61,851 bases of DNA, filler included, from Squatina squatina (GCA_031763465.1; 4 parts of 4 records of this genome joined end to end with filler, not necessarily neighbours in it); one strand, 5' to 3'; numbered from the whole stretch's first letter, positions 1-13,700 are shown. Numbers and translations are program-made. Notes: a model not told the origin generated them from the sequence alone.

Positions 1-1320
1 GCAGCTTATCTTTCTGAATGTGCAGTTTATGTCTTCCTGAATGTCCAGCTTATCTTTTCCTGAATGTGCAGATTATCTCTTTCTGAATGTGCAGTTTATC
101 TCTTCCTGAATGTCCAGCTTATCTTTCTGAATGTGCAGTTTATCTCTTTCTGAATGTTCAGAGTATCTCCTCCTGAATAAGGAGTTTATCTCTTCCTGAA
201 TATGCATAGTATCTCTTTCTGAATGTGCAGTTTCTCTCTTTCTGAATGTGCAGCTTATCTTTCTGAATGTGCAGAATATCTCTTCCTGAATGTCCAGCTT
301 ATCTCTTTCTGAATGTTCAGAGTATCTCCTCCTGAATATGGAGTTTACCTCTTCCTGAATGTTCAGAGTATCTCTTCCTGAACATGGAGTTTATCTCTTT
401 CTCAATGTGCAGTTTATCTCTTCCTGAATATGGAGTTTATCTCTTTCTGAATGTGCAGCTTATCTTTCTGAATGTGCAGCTAATCTTTCTGAATGTGCAG
501 TTTATATCTTCCTGAATGTCCAGTTTATCTCTTTCTGAATGTGCAGAGTATCTCTTCCTAAGTATGCAGCTTATCTCTTTCTGAATGTGCAGCTTATCTC
601 TTTCTGAATGTGCAGCTTAACTTTCTGAATGTGCAGTTTATCTCTTTCTGAATGTGCAGCTTATCTTTCTGAATGTGCAGCTTATCTTTCTGAATGTGCA
701 GATTATCTTTCTGAATGTGCAGAGTATCTCTTTCTGAATGTGCAGTTTATCTCTTTCTGAATGTGCAGCTTATCTCTTCCTGAATGTCCAGCTTATCTTT
801 TCCGGAATGTGCAGATTATCTCTTTCTGAATGTGCAGAATATCTCTTCCTGAATGTCCAGCTTATCTCTTTCTGAATGTGCAGTTTATCTCTTCCTGAAT
901 GTTCAGAGTATCTCTTCCTGAATATGGAGTTTATCTCTTTCTCAATGTGCAGTTTATCTCTTCCTGAATATGGAGTTTACCTCTTCCTGAATGTTCAGAA
1001 TATCTTTTCCTGAATATGGAGTTTATCTCTTTCTCAATGTGCTGTTTATCTCTTCCTGAATATGGAGTTTATCTCTTCCTGAATGTGCAGCTTGTCTCTT
1101 CCTGAATATGGAGTTTTTCTCTTTCTGAATGTGCAGAGTATCTCTTTCTGAATATGGAGTTTATCTCTTCCTGAATGTGCAGCTTATCTCTTTCTGAATG
1201 TGCATTCTTTCTGCATGTGCTCTTGCCGGAATGTGCATCCTTCCTGAATTTGATGTCTTCCTGAAGGTGATGTGTTCCTGAAGGTGATGTCTTCTTGAAT
1301 GTACTCTCTTCTTAAATGTG
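1..1320. repeat. Tandem satellite/minisatellite, 21-23 bp unit (consensus ~CTGAATGTGCAGCTTATCTCTTT), runs off the left edge of the window
   Basis: More than 50 directly visible copies with variants (ctgaatatggagtttatctcttc, ctgaatgttcagagtatctcttc). Decays into ~17-bp cctgaaggtgatgt units near 1240-1320. Confidence 0.97.
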
Positions 1321-1712
1321 CATTGTTAGGATGATAGTCTTGAAAATTGTGTTTTTGCCACTGGAACTGACAAGCTCTATGTGTGATGTTCTAATTGGTG
1401 AGGTTTTAATTTGCAATAGTGTTGCCATTGAACAGTCTCCTAAATCCCCTGTTGTCCCAGATAAATGGTCTGGAGACTGGGTTTTTAATTAGTATTGATA
1501 AATGGGAGAAAATCCTGAGAGGTCATTACTATTCAACCCAAGAGTTCCATTTATTTCAGATTAAATTTATTCATTGGGTCTAGTTTTAATGATTGGACTA
1601 TTAGTTTTTAATGGCTGTATATTTTGTGGTTTGTGTCCTTAAACGATGTTTCACAAATTTGGGAAAGCAAAGTAGCAGAATTAATAATTTAAGATACGAG
1701 AGTAGAATTCTC

Positions 1713-1833
1713 CCAATTGGCTGCTGTAACTTCGATGGAAGATCCACAGAAACCTCAGAGAACTGGCGCAGTGGTGTTTACAGAATTTTTCTCGGGTTTT
1801 CATGGATCTTCCTTCAAGTACAGTAGACGATTG
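1713..1833. mobile_element. Imperfect palindrome, probable degenerate MITE
   Basis: ccaattggctgctgtaacttcgatggaagatccacagaaacctcagagaa pairs with the reverse complement of ttctcgggttttcatggatcttccttcaagtacagtagacgattgg. Confidence 0.55.
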
Positions 1834-4699
1834 GAAGACCCCCTGTGGAAATTTATTGCAATGAGGAAGTAGAGGGCTTAAGGGGGGGAATTCTCTTCAT
1901 GGAGGAGTTCTATATCCACCACAGCTCTGTCACAACTCATTAAATATGCACAGAGGGATTCCCACCATCGTGACAGTGCCTGCCACTGCAAAGGCAGAGG
2001 ATCTTCGTAATGCTGCAGAGACAAAGCCGCTGCTTCACCTGAAGAGGCAGTGAGGGACCTTGGGGTGGCAGAAGCACCCAGAAGATTGGAAGGAAGGCTC
2101 CCACTGAAGGCTTCAGTTGTTGTGACCGAGGCCTTCAGCATGTAAGTGTCTGGGGTAGATTGGAGGTAAATGAAGTCGTTCCAAGACCTCGTCCCTGCAT
2201 TGGGGAACTCTGGGCCTTTCCTGCTGCTTCTTCTGCTAGGCTGTTCTCTGGTCTCTGACTGCCTCATAGACAAATGATACAGCTTCTTACAGCTTACTGT
2301 AAGTTTTCCACAAACTGTAATCAAAGTAATGCAGTAATATTATACCACAGTGGCCCAAAGCCTGAATGTAATTCCCTTNNNNNNNNNNNNNNNNNNNNNN
2401 NNNNNNNNNNNNNNNNNNNNNNNNNNNNNNNNNNNNNNNNNNNNNNNNNNNNNNNNNNNNNNNNNNNNNNNNNNNNNNTAATGAGTTCAATTGTAGTATT
2501 TTTCAACTTTTTGCAAGTGTTTCTAACATCTGTTTTAGAGGCTAAGAATGTTCAGAACGTGGATGATTAATCTGTTGCCACTTTCTTCCATCAGTCCACC
2601 ATCTACTTTTTCATATTTCCGGACAGTTTTTCACTGTTTCTGTTAAATGCTCTTACAGCTACAGCCTCCCAATTATTCCCATATTTCCTTTAATCAGCCT
2701 GCAGATAATGCTTGGAATTCTTTTATTAATTACCTTGAGGTGTCCCAAAACTCCAGATCTGTCACACTTGCTTTAAAAAGACAGTGTGATTAGTTATTTA
2801 TTTTTCTAAAAATAATAACGAAAAATGAAAAATGACTGGTTACTATTTAATCCCAAATCTGAGCTTCTAGTCATAACCTTTTATTACAGTAACTTGGTTC
2901 ATTATTCTAAAGAGCATGGATAATATCAGCAGCAGTGCAAATATTATTTATACACATAACATGTGTAAATGAACGGCTAAATGGACACAGAAGGATGTGA
3001 AATAATTCACCTTTGAAATTACCTGCATCTGCCTGGAGCAATGAACATCTCTCATCTGTTCACAGTTCAAAGCAAAATCAAAGTTGTTGTAATAGTTGAC
3101 ACCAGTGCCTTCAGGCACTCTATGTAATCTCAGCAATACATCAAACTCCTACGCATGCCTATGTCAAAGCTGTAATGGTCCCAATATTCCTCGGGCTGGA
3201 GAGGGCTGAATGTCTGATTTCCACCCAAAGGAGCCAGGAATTTGAGATGAAACCCAGTTACATCAGAATTCTGAGCCATTTCCTGAGGCCCTTTGAATTC
3301 CAGGGTGGGGCAGGGGGTTGCAGTGGATATGTCTGGAGAAACTCCTGGGCTATGCTGGAAATTCTGGTCAGTTGCACCCTACATAGGTCTCAGTGGAACT
3401 CACGCTAGCTGAGTCCCACTGATGCTTGTAAAAAGGCCCCAGACCTTTACAGGGGAAAGGCAAATAATTCTAGTGGATTTAATTATCTTCAGAAGAGATG
3501 AAGAAGAGCACTTTCTTTGGGGCCTCAATAAACCTCCTTCCACTGTAATAATAGGATGGCACCACTCTGACATTCTAGCTGGTGGTTCAGGGCAGATGCT
3601 GCTCGTCCCATCCATGTAAATGACCGTTTCCAGGATATATAATGGGGCCTCTGGCGTAAGGCTAGGGTGGGTGGAGGTTCTGTTCTCCCACACTTATGCT
3701 GGTGGAGTAGACCTCGAGGATTTTTCGAAGTGCTGATCCAGACCTGATTCAACATGACAGTCTGATGTTGTAAAAAACTTTCTTATACAGTTGCTAATAT
3801 ATACTGACATAATGTAATGAATACATTTGAGTATTTCATCAATGACGGTTATTTTGATTGGTGGTTCATGTACAAATGGTAATTTTTCACTTTTTTTAAG
3901 AATAGGAAGTAATAGAAAACACTAAATGGTAATAGAAAAACCTTTGGCTGGAGATCTATTTTGGGCCTTTTGCTGTTCACACATATGTGTGCTATTTTTA
4001 CAATAGCACATAAACAGAAGTTGTACTGATTGTATCAGGTGTCTCTCATTATATTCAGTGTTTCTAATATTTTGTCTATTGTGGAATGCAGTAGCTTACA
4101 AATCCAGTTGAACGTCATTAAACTTGGTGTTAACTCAGACTGCCTTCAGAGTCCAGTCCAGAACACAGGGGAATTCCATTGGTACTTTCCCAGGTCCTGC
4201 TACTGTGCTGGTAGATATATGGTAATAAGAGTTAACTCCCATCAGAAGCAGGCAACCACACCACTTAAGAGAAATACTGACACAATTGAACCCATGTTCA
4301 GCAGGTCAAAATTCGGAACACTTTAGATTAGAAATAAAAATCACCTATAAATTGGAGTCAAGGCCTCATTAGTGACAGTTATAAAGTTACAATGACATCC
4401 TATTTAATAGAATGCCAAATGAGCTTTAAATCTTACGAACACATTTTCAGACTGATAGTTAAGGAATAAAATCCATGTCCAGCTCTGAAATAGGAAACAT
4501 TTCTTCATAAATTACACTTTTTGTGGTTACTTATTTCCCAGCTTTGGAAAATGTAACGTGTTTGAAACCGAAACACAATGCCAAAGTGAACAATGTTAAT
4601 TTTGTTTAAAAATAACACATTTAACAACATCATCTTGAAATTATGTGGAACCTTTAACTTGTTAAAACATCCCAGGGGCCTAAACAAATACAGACACTG

Positions 4700-5355
4700 A
4701 GGCAATGGAGGAAAGATTAGAGGGGTGAGCAAAGAGGTGGGCCTTAAAGAAGGAAAGCTGGAGGGATTTCGGGAGAGAAGCCCAGAATTTGGAACCGAGG
4801 TGCTGAAGGTGTGGAATGATGGTGGCATGGTAGAATGGGAGGATGCGGTCGGTAGAATGGGAGGATGCGGTCGGTAGACTGGGAGGATGCGGTCAGAAGA
4901 ACAAAGATTATGAGCGAGGCGGGAAGGTATAGAGATGAGCAAGACAATGGAGGGATTGAAACACAATGATGAGAATTTTAAGTGAGAGGCCTTGCGGGGG
5001 GTCGAGGAACCAATCTAAGTCAGTGAAATCAAGGACTGGGTGCATATTGGGGTACGGGGAGCAGAGTTTTGGATAAGCTGAAGTTTATGGAGGGTGCAAA
5101 ATGGGAGGCTAGGCAGACGAACATTGGATTAATCAAGTCTTGAAGTGACAAAGGCATGAATGAGGGTTTCACTGGTCGATGGGCTGAGGTAGTGGTAGAG
5201 GTGGCCAGTGTTTAAGGGGTGGCCTTTACAACGTAGAATATATCCGCTTAGGGTCAAACGCTATGTTAAAGTTGCAAATAATTTAGTTCAGCTTGAGATG
5301 GTGGCCTGGGAGGGAGAACGCAGTTGATGGAGAGGCTACATAGTTTATAATGGGG
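4700..5355 (-). mobile_element. L2 LINE fragment (ORF2 C-terminal region), degenerate
   Basis: Minus strand translates to ETLIHAFVTSRLD*SN...TLHKLQLIQNSA, the typical L2 ORF2 C-terminal motif. Confidence 0.8.
4829..4894. repeat. 3 x 22-bp tandem duplication (ggtagaatgggaggatgcggtc) inside the L2 fragment
   Basis: Directly visible. Confidence 0.9.
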
Positions 5356-5359
5356 GCTG

Positions 5360-5488
5360 AAACATAGAAACATAGAAAATAGGTGCAGGATAAGGCCATT
5401 CGGCCCTTCGGGCCTGCACCGCCATTCAACACGATCATGGCTGATCTTTCAACTCAGTACCCCGTACCTGCTTTCTCTCCATACCCCC
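5360..5488 (-). mobile_element. 3' tail of elasmobranch CR1-type LINE (HER1/HE1-like)
   Basis: aaacatagaaacatagaaaataggtgcagg...ggccattcggcccttcg...gatcatggctgatc is the reverse complement of the tail seen at 20125 and 52047. Confidence 0.8.
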
Positions 5489-5588
5489 NNNNNNNNNNNN
5501 NNNNNNNNNNNNNNNNNNNNNNNNNNNNNNNNNNNNNNNNNNNNNNNNNNNNNNNNNNNNNNNNNNNNNNNNNNNNNNNNNNNNNNNN

Positions 5589-6281
5589 CAGACTACAATT
5601 AGTCCTTCTCAGCCCAGAACTGCTCGAGGTGGTTCTGCAAGACCATCTGCAGTCTCCTTCACTGAAAGTCATGCGGCAGCAATTGGGTAGCTCTGCGTAG
5701 GTGCACTAGCACAGGCAAAGGCACAGGGAATGCACAAGGGTGATTAGTTGACTTTTGTATGCAGTACAGCATGATTTCATTTCTAAATTTGTTTTGGAAT
5801 GTTTATTTTGTGGTTGCTTTTAATTTTGCATTGTGGCCAAGAGGACACTGGGGGTTGCCGTTACTGCTATTGCACACGGATGAGTTCATCATGGACAGCC
5901 CGGGCAGAAAGGGGCTTTCGAGGTTTCTTCCTCTTCCTCCTTATTATGCCCCTCCTCCTCCTTATGCCCCTCCTCCTCCTCCTTATGCCCCTCCTCCTAC
6001 TCTTCCTCCTCCTTATGCCCCTCCTCCTCCTCCTCCTTATGCACCTTCTCCTCCTCCTCCTCCTTATGCTCCTCCTCCTTCTCCTCCTCCTTATGCCCCT
6101 TCTCCTCCTCCTCCTCCTCATGCTCGTCCTCCTCCTCATGCTCCTCCTCTTCCTCATGTTCTTCCTCCTCCTCCTCCTCCTTATGCTCCTCCTCCTCCTC
6201 CTTATGCCCCTTCTCCTCCTCATCCTCCTCCTTATGCCCCTCCTCCTCCTCATGCTCCTCCTCCTCCTCATGGTCCTCCAC
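5589..6281. mobile_element. Internal fragment of a PIF/Harbinger transposon (convergent 3' ends of the Myb-like ORF on + and the transposase on -), with an expanded (CCT)n minisatellite
   Basis: + strand ends ...PSQPRTARGGSARPSAVS...GMHKGD*. The - strand has a poly-E tract followed by ...PLSARAVHDELIRVQ*, as recalled for shark Harbinger transposase tails. An AT-rich spacer separates the two. Confidence 0.55.
5926..6281. repeat. Low-complexity (CCT)n / CCTTATGCCCCTCCT minisatellite
   Basis: Directly visible. It accounts for the proline-, leucine-, arginine- and glutamate-rich ORFs in the track. Confidence 0.95.
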
Positions 6282-9200
6282 NNNNNNNNNNNNNNNNNNN
6301 NNNNNNNNNNNNNNNNNNNNNNNNNNNNNNNNNNNNNNNNNNNNNNNNNNNNNNNNNNNNNNNNNNNNNNNNNNNNNNNNNAATAAAGTAATTTACTGTT
6401 CAATCACTATTTCCTTGAAAAATTGGAGCAAGCTTATGCTACAATGGATAATTGATGTAGAAGATCAAAATTATGAAAAAACAGAACTATAAAGCTAAGA
6501 TAAATGCCAAGCAAAGCAATTTACTTATGAGTGTCAAAGATAAAATCCTTAAAGAATGTTCCACTGAATGTTTCATCCAGATAATGGTTCTCCTTTTCCA
6601 CATGAAAAGATCAGTCTATAGCACCACATCAATAGAAGTTGAATGAGTGTCAAATAAATTAGTTTGCTCAACATAAATTTCATAGAGATTTAAAATACTG
6701 TTACTGATATTCCCTAATGGTATAATTAAATTGATTTAGTGCATTACTGGAGTCGTAGAAGCCATTCAAAGTTTCAGTCTTACAATTGCATTTTTGTCAA
6801 CAGAATAAAGCCGTTATTGAAAACTCAATTACTTTTGCACCAGTTCATCTCAGAATTATAATTAATAACTATAATCAATATTTGAAGTTGACTGAGAGCT
6901 AAACTTCCCTGTAGTATTGTATTGTTATCCAACTGTCTCATAGTTTTTGCATGATTTCCATTTAAGCCTAACTGCATTTGTCACACAACACTTGTCATGA
7001 TCTGATGGAGAGGGAATATAATTATATCTTCACTGTATCAGGAGTTTTGCTTTGTCAGAAGATAACCAAATTAATATTGCTAACTGACTCTGAAAGTTCA
7101 CTGCCAAAACTAACTGTGTAACAGCATTGTGCANNNNNNNNNNNNNNNNNNNNNNNNNNNNNNNNNNNNNNNNNNNNNNNNNNNNNNNNNNNNNNNNNNN
7201 NNNNNNNNNNNNNNNNNNNNNNNNNNNNNNNNNCAAACACTCTCCCTCGTAATGTGAAGTATCTTTAAATATATAGTGAGTATGCTCCGCAGCCAAGTTG
7301 GCATAAAGCTTCCTACTGTGTTTGTGACATCAAATACATATTTCACTTATTTATCCACAGCATTTGAAACTTCTTATTCTGTGATGTTTATCCCCTACAG
7401 AATACATTTATAGAAGGCTATAGATATTGCAGCGGTGCTAATGGTATTTTTGCTCCTCTGTGTTAGAAGTGTTGTCATCCACAACACTGCTTATATTACC
7501 ATAATAATGCAGCATTAAAATGGATCTCAACAAAGCCAACTGCTATGGAGCAATCACTGCTGTAAATTGTATTCAACCAGAATTTGATTGGCAGAATTCA
7601 GCCTGATTCTGTGCTATCAGCTTCATACATCAGTTTCATTTTACACATGACCTTTTAATGATGTTCACTGAAAGTTGACTGTCACTGTCTATTACTGGGC
7701 TTTAAATCAATCATATCTTTAAATTAGAAAGTGTTCCCCAGTTCATCGCACTAACTTATACCTTTTTCTGCTTTAACAATGGCAGCAGTTGACTGGATTC
7801 AGAACCTAGCAAACCACCTTGGCTTTTGCCCATTAGACACAGATTTGAATAGCTTTGATCATCTTATATTATTAGGTAATGTGGCCTGGTTTTTCAATTA
7901 ATTTAATGTCTCAGACCTTTTGTTGCTTTCAAATTTCTTGTCTTCAGAAAGGCACTTGCATAAAGCCTGCATGTCTCAGGCAGCTGCCCTTCTCCAATGA
8001 TTAAATGTAAAACTGTGCTAACCAGCACAAGAATGATGACAATGACTGACACCAACCTGCATTTTAAATTATGCATCACAGATAAATGCCTCCAAAAACC
8101 AACAAGCGTAGAACGCTATCGTAGAATGCTATTGTATGATATTTCACTATGTCAGGTTTTCAGCTCTGACTTTAGTTGAAGACTGATGGGAAATAACATA
8201 TTCATACTAAATTATCTGTGGTATTCAAGAACATAGTGTCAAAATATATTTATACCCAGTTTTTAAAACATTCGTAGGTGCCGTATAGTGGTAATGAGAA
8301 GTACAGATTTAAAATATGGGACAAGGCATTAATTGTAATACTGATCAGAAGGAGCAAGAAGCAAGCCTTGTTTACTTTAAGAGCAAAGAAAATGAATCTC
8401 TTTACACAAAGCTTAAGTTAGGTGCCAGTATATATCTGACTCACTCAGTTTAGGCATCTGTAGCAATTTTTCAATATATAATGGTTTTCTCATAATCAAG
8501 GTGAGGAATGGCATTACCGTACGCTCCTTTAAAGACATAACTAGGTAATTCCTGAATCTACATTTATCACAAGTTTGGATTAGTTCCCCATTGGGAATTT
8601 CATCATGGCTTCCTGCTCCTGCTCCAACCTAGCTTTGGTGGAAGTTTTGTGGAAACTCAGTTTGTGTGAGCAAACAGGGTGGAGCAGAAGAAGCTTTGAG
8701 GAAATTCCCAGCATCTATATTTATATTTGTTTGACGAAGAATTATGAAAAAACACAAAGTGAACACATTTCAGAACAAAGCTTCCTTAAACTATGTAACA
8801 TCAAATACAATAAGGTATCGATCCAACTGGATGAGAATGTGACAGAAATAAATTAAGAACAAGCCAGACAGAAATTAGATTTCTCTCAAAATGACCGTAC
8901 TTGACTCCTGAAAGATGCGAGTTGAAAGGATAATAATGATGTTATCCAACTTTAGTTATGTTTGTAATGTTTTTCTATCATAACTGCATTTGCTACTTGG
9001 ATACCCTAGCAGTAAAAAGGGGAGTATTATAGTTAGTAATAGACCACTTTTCTACCTCGAGCGTAGTCAGCATGAAACACTCCAAAATCAGTTACATCAT
9101 GAGTCCCTTTACACTCATGGAATTCTACAGAGGTCTTTTCTCAGTCCCGTGGTTTTACACAGAAGNNNNNNNNNNNNNNNNNNNNNNNNNNNNNNNNNNN

Positions 9201-10339
9201 NNNNNNNNNNNNNNNNNNNNNNNNNNNNNNNNNNNNNNNNNNNNNNNNNNNNNNNNNNNNNNNNNAAGCATGTTCTCATTTTTCTGTGTCACAAGCTAAT
9301 TCAGGTGTACATAACACTGGAGATTATGATTTCGCTCTGGGCACTAAGCTACATTTCTGCTACATATGGCAGCATTAACGATGGCATTATAATTCCTTCC
9401 ATTTCCACCACCATAACCAATTATTTTAAAATTCATTTTTCTAGCCTTAGTAAAAATCTACTCACAGGCACTTTGTAAAGGAGAATGTTGAAAAATTTCA
9501 GAGCCAGATCAGAGGTAACTGTTCCTGTGGTCATTTGATTTAAAAAAAAAATCAAATTCACCGCCATACTCACAGTTGTATGAGTCCCAGCTATTTCCCT
9601 TTTATTCTGCTGACTGACTTTTAGTGGCTGACTGTATTAATTGCTGTCATTAGTTACCTTAGCAAATACCACGTCAACGATTGCTAATGATCATGGCCTT
9701 AAAATAATAATCATTGCGTGATGAGATTCATTAATCTAAGGGCAAGATTGTCTTGAAGGCAAAATGAAAATACACAAAAATTTCCTTCTTCCAGTCCACA
9801 GTTATATTCAATTTACTGTACAATAATACACATTGCAATATAATTGATGGCTGTACTTTACAATGTTTTTTAAGCTGCATTCTGATAGACTTTTGACACA
9901 TACATTAAGAGGAAAAACACAGGCTTCTAAGGATTTTCCAACTTATTGGGAATTCCTAACCAAAGACATTCCAGCCTAGAAATTGGTTTGCACCTGAAAA
10001 CGAATGCGGNNNNNNNNNNNNNNNNNNNNNNNNNNNNNNNNNNNNNNNNNNNNNNNNNNNNNNNNNNNNNNNNNNNNNNNNNNNNNNNNNNNNNNNNNNN
10101 NNNNNNNNNGCTGATGAGAAAACCTTAAGTGACAGCTGCTGGAAGGAATTACCCGGAGGCAGAGTATGAGGACATATTCTTCCGTGCCTATCGTGATTGG
10201 ATTTCAGAGAGGCGAGCAGATGCCTCTGTGGAACCACTATTTGATGAAGAACGGTGTGTGTTTATACTGTAGGCAAGAGGCAATTCACTCACACATCTTA
10301 AAGTAAGTTCATCTGCTCAATATGTCAGTCGTAACTAGT

Positions 10340-10745
10340 TGCCCACCTTATGTAACGTCGCTCACCTCTGCCCCTGCCTCAGCCCACTTTCTGCTGAAAC
10401 CTTCATCCATACCTCTCTCTCACCACCAGGCTTGACTATTCTATTTTTCTCATGGCCAGACTGCCATCCTCCACAAACCTTAGATCAACCAAAACTCTGC
10501 TGCCTGTACCCTTTCCCACACACCCATCCTCCTTGTCTTCACTGACCTACATTGACTCCCAATCCCCCAGTGCTACAAGTTTAAAATTTGCATCATCACA
10601 CCCTCACTCCTCCCTAACCTCCTCCAGCCCTGCAACCCTCCTCAAACTCCACCTTCCTTTGATTCTATCTTGTGCATCGTCCTATCCCTACACCCATCCA
10701 CTGGCAGTCGTGTCTTCAGCTGCCTAGGCTCAAACTCTGGGTCCT
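10340..10745 (+). mobile_element. L2 LINE fragment, degenerate
   Basis: NVAHLCPCLSPLSAETFIHT resembles L2 'NIARLRPCLS..AAETLIHAFVT'. It is followed by L2-like 3' sequence. Confidence 0.75.
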
Positions 10746-13700
10746 TTAATGGCACACAGCACCCCAGTGTAGTAGGAGGAGTGAAAGGGGAGGGAAACCC
10801 TTATATTTTTGCAAGGGAAGTCTTAAACAAAATTTTAATTATTTAGTCAGAAATCTCTTGGCTATTCTACAGTTTCTTTCACCACCAGGGGTAAAACCTT
10901 CATTCTGCAGTTCTTGCATTGCACAGAATGACATTATGGTGAATGTCTTCTGCTCTTGTGGTGTAATGTAAACATCTCGCCACAGAATTCTGACTACTGA
11001 AGGAACAGATGTTTATTATTTTTCATATGAGCCAAGCTTCTGTGGAAAGTTATAAAGCCCAGCTACAGAGCATAAGCAGGTCATGTCATATTGTCCAGAG
11101 TACAGTGTGGGGAGAATAGGCAGTGGCATCTCCCTGGAGATGGAGAAAATAGGCTTACAAGGTAGATTTCTCAATAACACAGATGTTTGTGGTTCTGAAT
11201 AGTTGGAAGGGAGTTTTTTGTGCATGAACGATTGAAATTTTCTGTATTTTAATTGCTATGAGTTTCCTCATTTTAAAATATTACAATAATACATCATTGT
11301 AGAAGACAATTCACCCATGGATTCCCAATAGAAAATTGTGCACATGATGCTTTTTTAGACGTGACACAGAAATATTACAGCAGCCCGTGAGGATTAAATA
11401 TGGGTTGTTCTGTCTAGTACAGCAACCTGAATATTTGATTTAAGACTGTTTGATACCCTTAACAATAAATATACAGTCATGATTTACTNNNNNNNNNNNN
11501 NNNNNNNNNNNNNNNNNNNNNNNNNNNNNNNNNNNNNNNNNNNNNNNNNNNNNNNNNNNNNNNNNNNNNNNNNNNNNNNNNNNNNNNNTATCCTTATAAA
11601 GAAAATACTTTCCACAACTAGAATATAGATCCACAAGAAACAAATAGAGCTTGGATTAAGAATAGCTTTGAAAAAATGCATCTGATGTCAGTGCTTAAAC
11701 AGACACTGAACACAGTGGCTAAGCTCTACCAGCCTTTTTTAAATGTTTTGGAAGAAAAGGTCATTCATTGCAATGTATAATTTGGGGTACAAGCACGTAC
11801 ACTGGAACATACTGAGCTGGCACTTAGGTTGTGTGAAATAACTGACAAGTGGTAGACAAAAGCATTGAGTTTTGATGTGTAAAGTCCCCAAAGATCGAAT
11901 CAGCTACTGCTAATATGCCACTTTTTTGTGATTGAAGTTTACAGAAGCCAGCTGGCACACCTCACTTCACCGTGGGGTGGTACAGAATCAGCCGTGCAAT
12001 GCCTTGACAGCTGTGAATCATATTGCCACATTAAGCATCTAATTGTTTTTTTAAAGTTTTACCAGATTTTTCACTTCAACTATTCTATCTGGAATTTAGG
12101 CCCTGACAGACTAGTTTCCCTCACATCCATGCACAGGACAAACAGAGCACATTAGAAGTGCACATCACCTGTCATTAACCCCAAACTTAGGGCTGCATTA
12201 TAGTGTCAACACTGTTCCTGGGCAGAATGTAGATGATTGGGTAATTCGCCCATCATTCATGCCTGGAGGCCGTGTGCTGTAAGTGACTGGGATTGATTTT
12301 ATGCACGTAATTGTAAGTAACTTGCCTCCACTAACTGCNNNNNNNNNNNNNNNNNNNNNNNNNNNNNNNNNNNNNNNNNNNNNNNNNNNNNNNNNNNNNN
12401 NNNNNNNNNNNNNNNNNNNNNNNNNNNNNNNNNNNNNNATATGTTCGAAGCCAGTTATTGAGTGCTGTTAGATGAGGGACAGGAATCAGCTGATATTCCA
12501 TCATCTTAATAGTGAATTATGCATGGCAATAGTGGAATGCAAGGAACTGGGAGAAAGTAATATTTTATAACATGTGGTGAGAGGATAACATAAAAAGAGT
12601 ATTTTTCCTTGATATTTTAAAGCAAGTGTTTTTTTTGTTGGAAATGCCTTTTTAAATTCATAATCTAAAAATTATGAAAATCTTCAACTTATGCATGTTG
12701 CTTTCCACTATATGAAATTAATGGGAAAAGTATTAATTAATTAATAATTAAATATTACTCACAGCTAACTAACCACAAAAAAACAGGCAATTAATGTATC
12801 CCTGCAACAAATTCAAAATATACTGAAGAAAAAGTACAGCACTAATTTATTAATGATCTGTACAGTAACTCACATTGTAGGTTTACTGCACATTTCAAGA
12901 GTAAACCAGAAATGTAAGATCATACCGACTCCTTTCCAACACATAGTAGATTTTAACAGAGAATGTGTTGATAAAATAAAGTAAAAAAACATAAAAAGAT
13001 GAAGTAGATGTTAGTCCTAAATTCTTTAGCCATTTATGTTATGAAGGGAGTTCTTATTTTCCAGGTTTTAACCATCACCACTAACTGGTAAAAGGAAGCA
13101 ATTTAACACTTTACAAACTCAATTGGATTTTTTTTGTCTTTTAGTTAACAGCTGATAAGGCTTAAGGGCATGTCAGACATGATTGCTACCCTTCATTCAA
13201 AGAACCTGAAATCCTTTTTAATGATGGAGATTTAGAATGTGTAAATGCTTGCTGGGTATGATTGTACAGGTGCTCTCTGGTATCTCATGCAAGTGGCCAT
13301 TGTTCATGGATGGCCAATGAGTGTCAGCAGGTTGTTCACAGCCAAGCCCAATCCACTCTCCAGCTGCCATCCACACACACAACTGATGTAGAGGGAGTCA
13401 GATATTCACCAAGAACAATATCATTGGTCAATTTGTCCTCTCTCTAACCCTGGCGTACTGAGGCCAAATGTAAAGCCTCCACCACAGGCCCAGCTGGTTA
13501 TCACACACAAACTGGGGATCAAACCTGACTCTTTCCTGATCTACATGGTTCAGCTACTTATGGGAAATTTACTGACTCACTGGGAGTCTGTCAAGTTGTT
13601 TTTTTTTAAATAAACTTAACGGCTGCAAATATTCAGTTCCATTTTTTAAATGTTAGACTGAAATTAATATGCTTTCCACTTTTAAAAAAAAATTCATGCA

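Noticed and set aside
1-1320. CRISPR-like periodic array
   Set aside because: Contiguous tandem monomers with no unique spacers, in vertebrate DNA with no cas genes.
5759-6403. Extensin-like, poly-Leu, protamine-like and poly-Glu ORFs
   Set aside because: All are reading frames of one (CCT)n minisatellite running into a gap.
10810-10830. miR-499/208-like seed (TTAAGACTT on the minus strand) as a myosin-intronic myomiR
   Set aside because: Only 9 nt match, the rest of the mature sequence differs, and no hairpin is evident.
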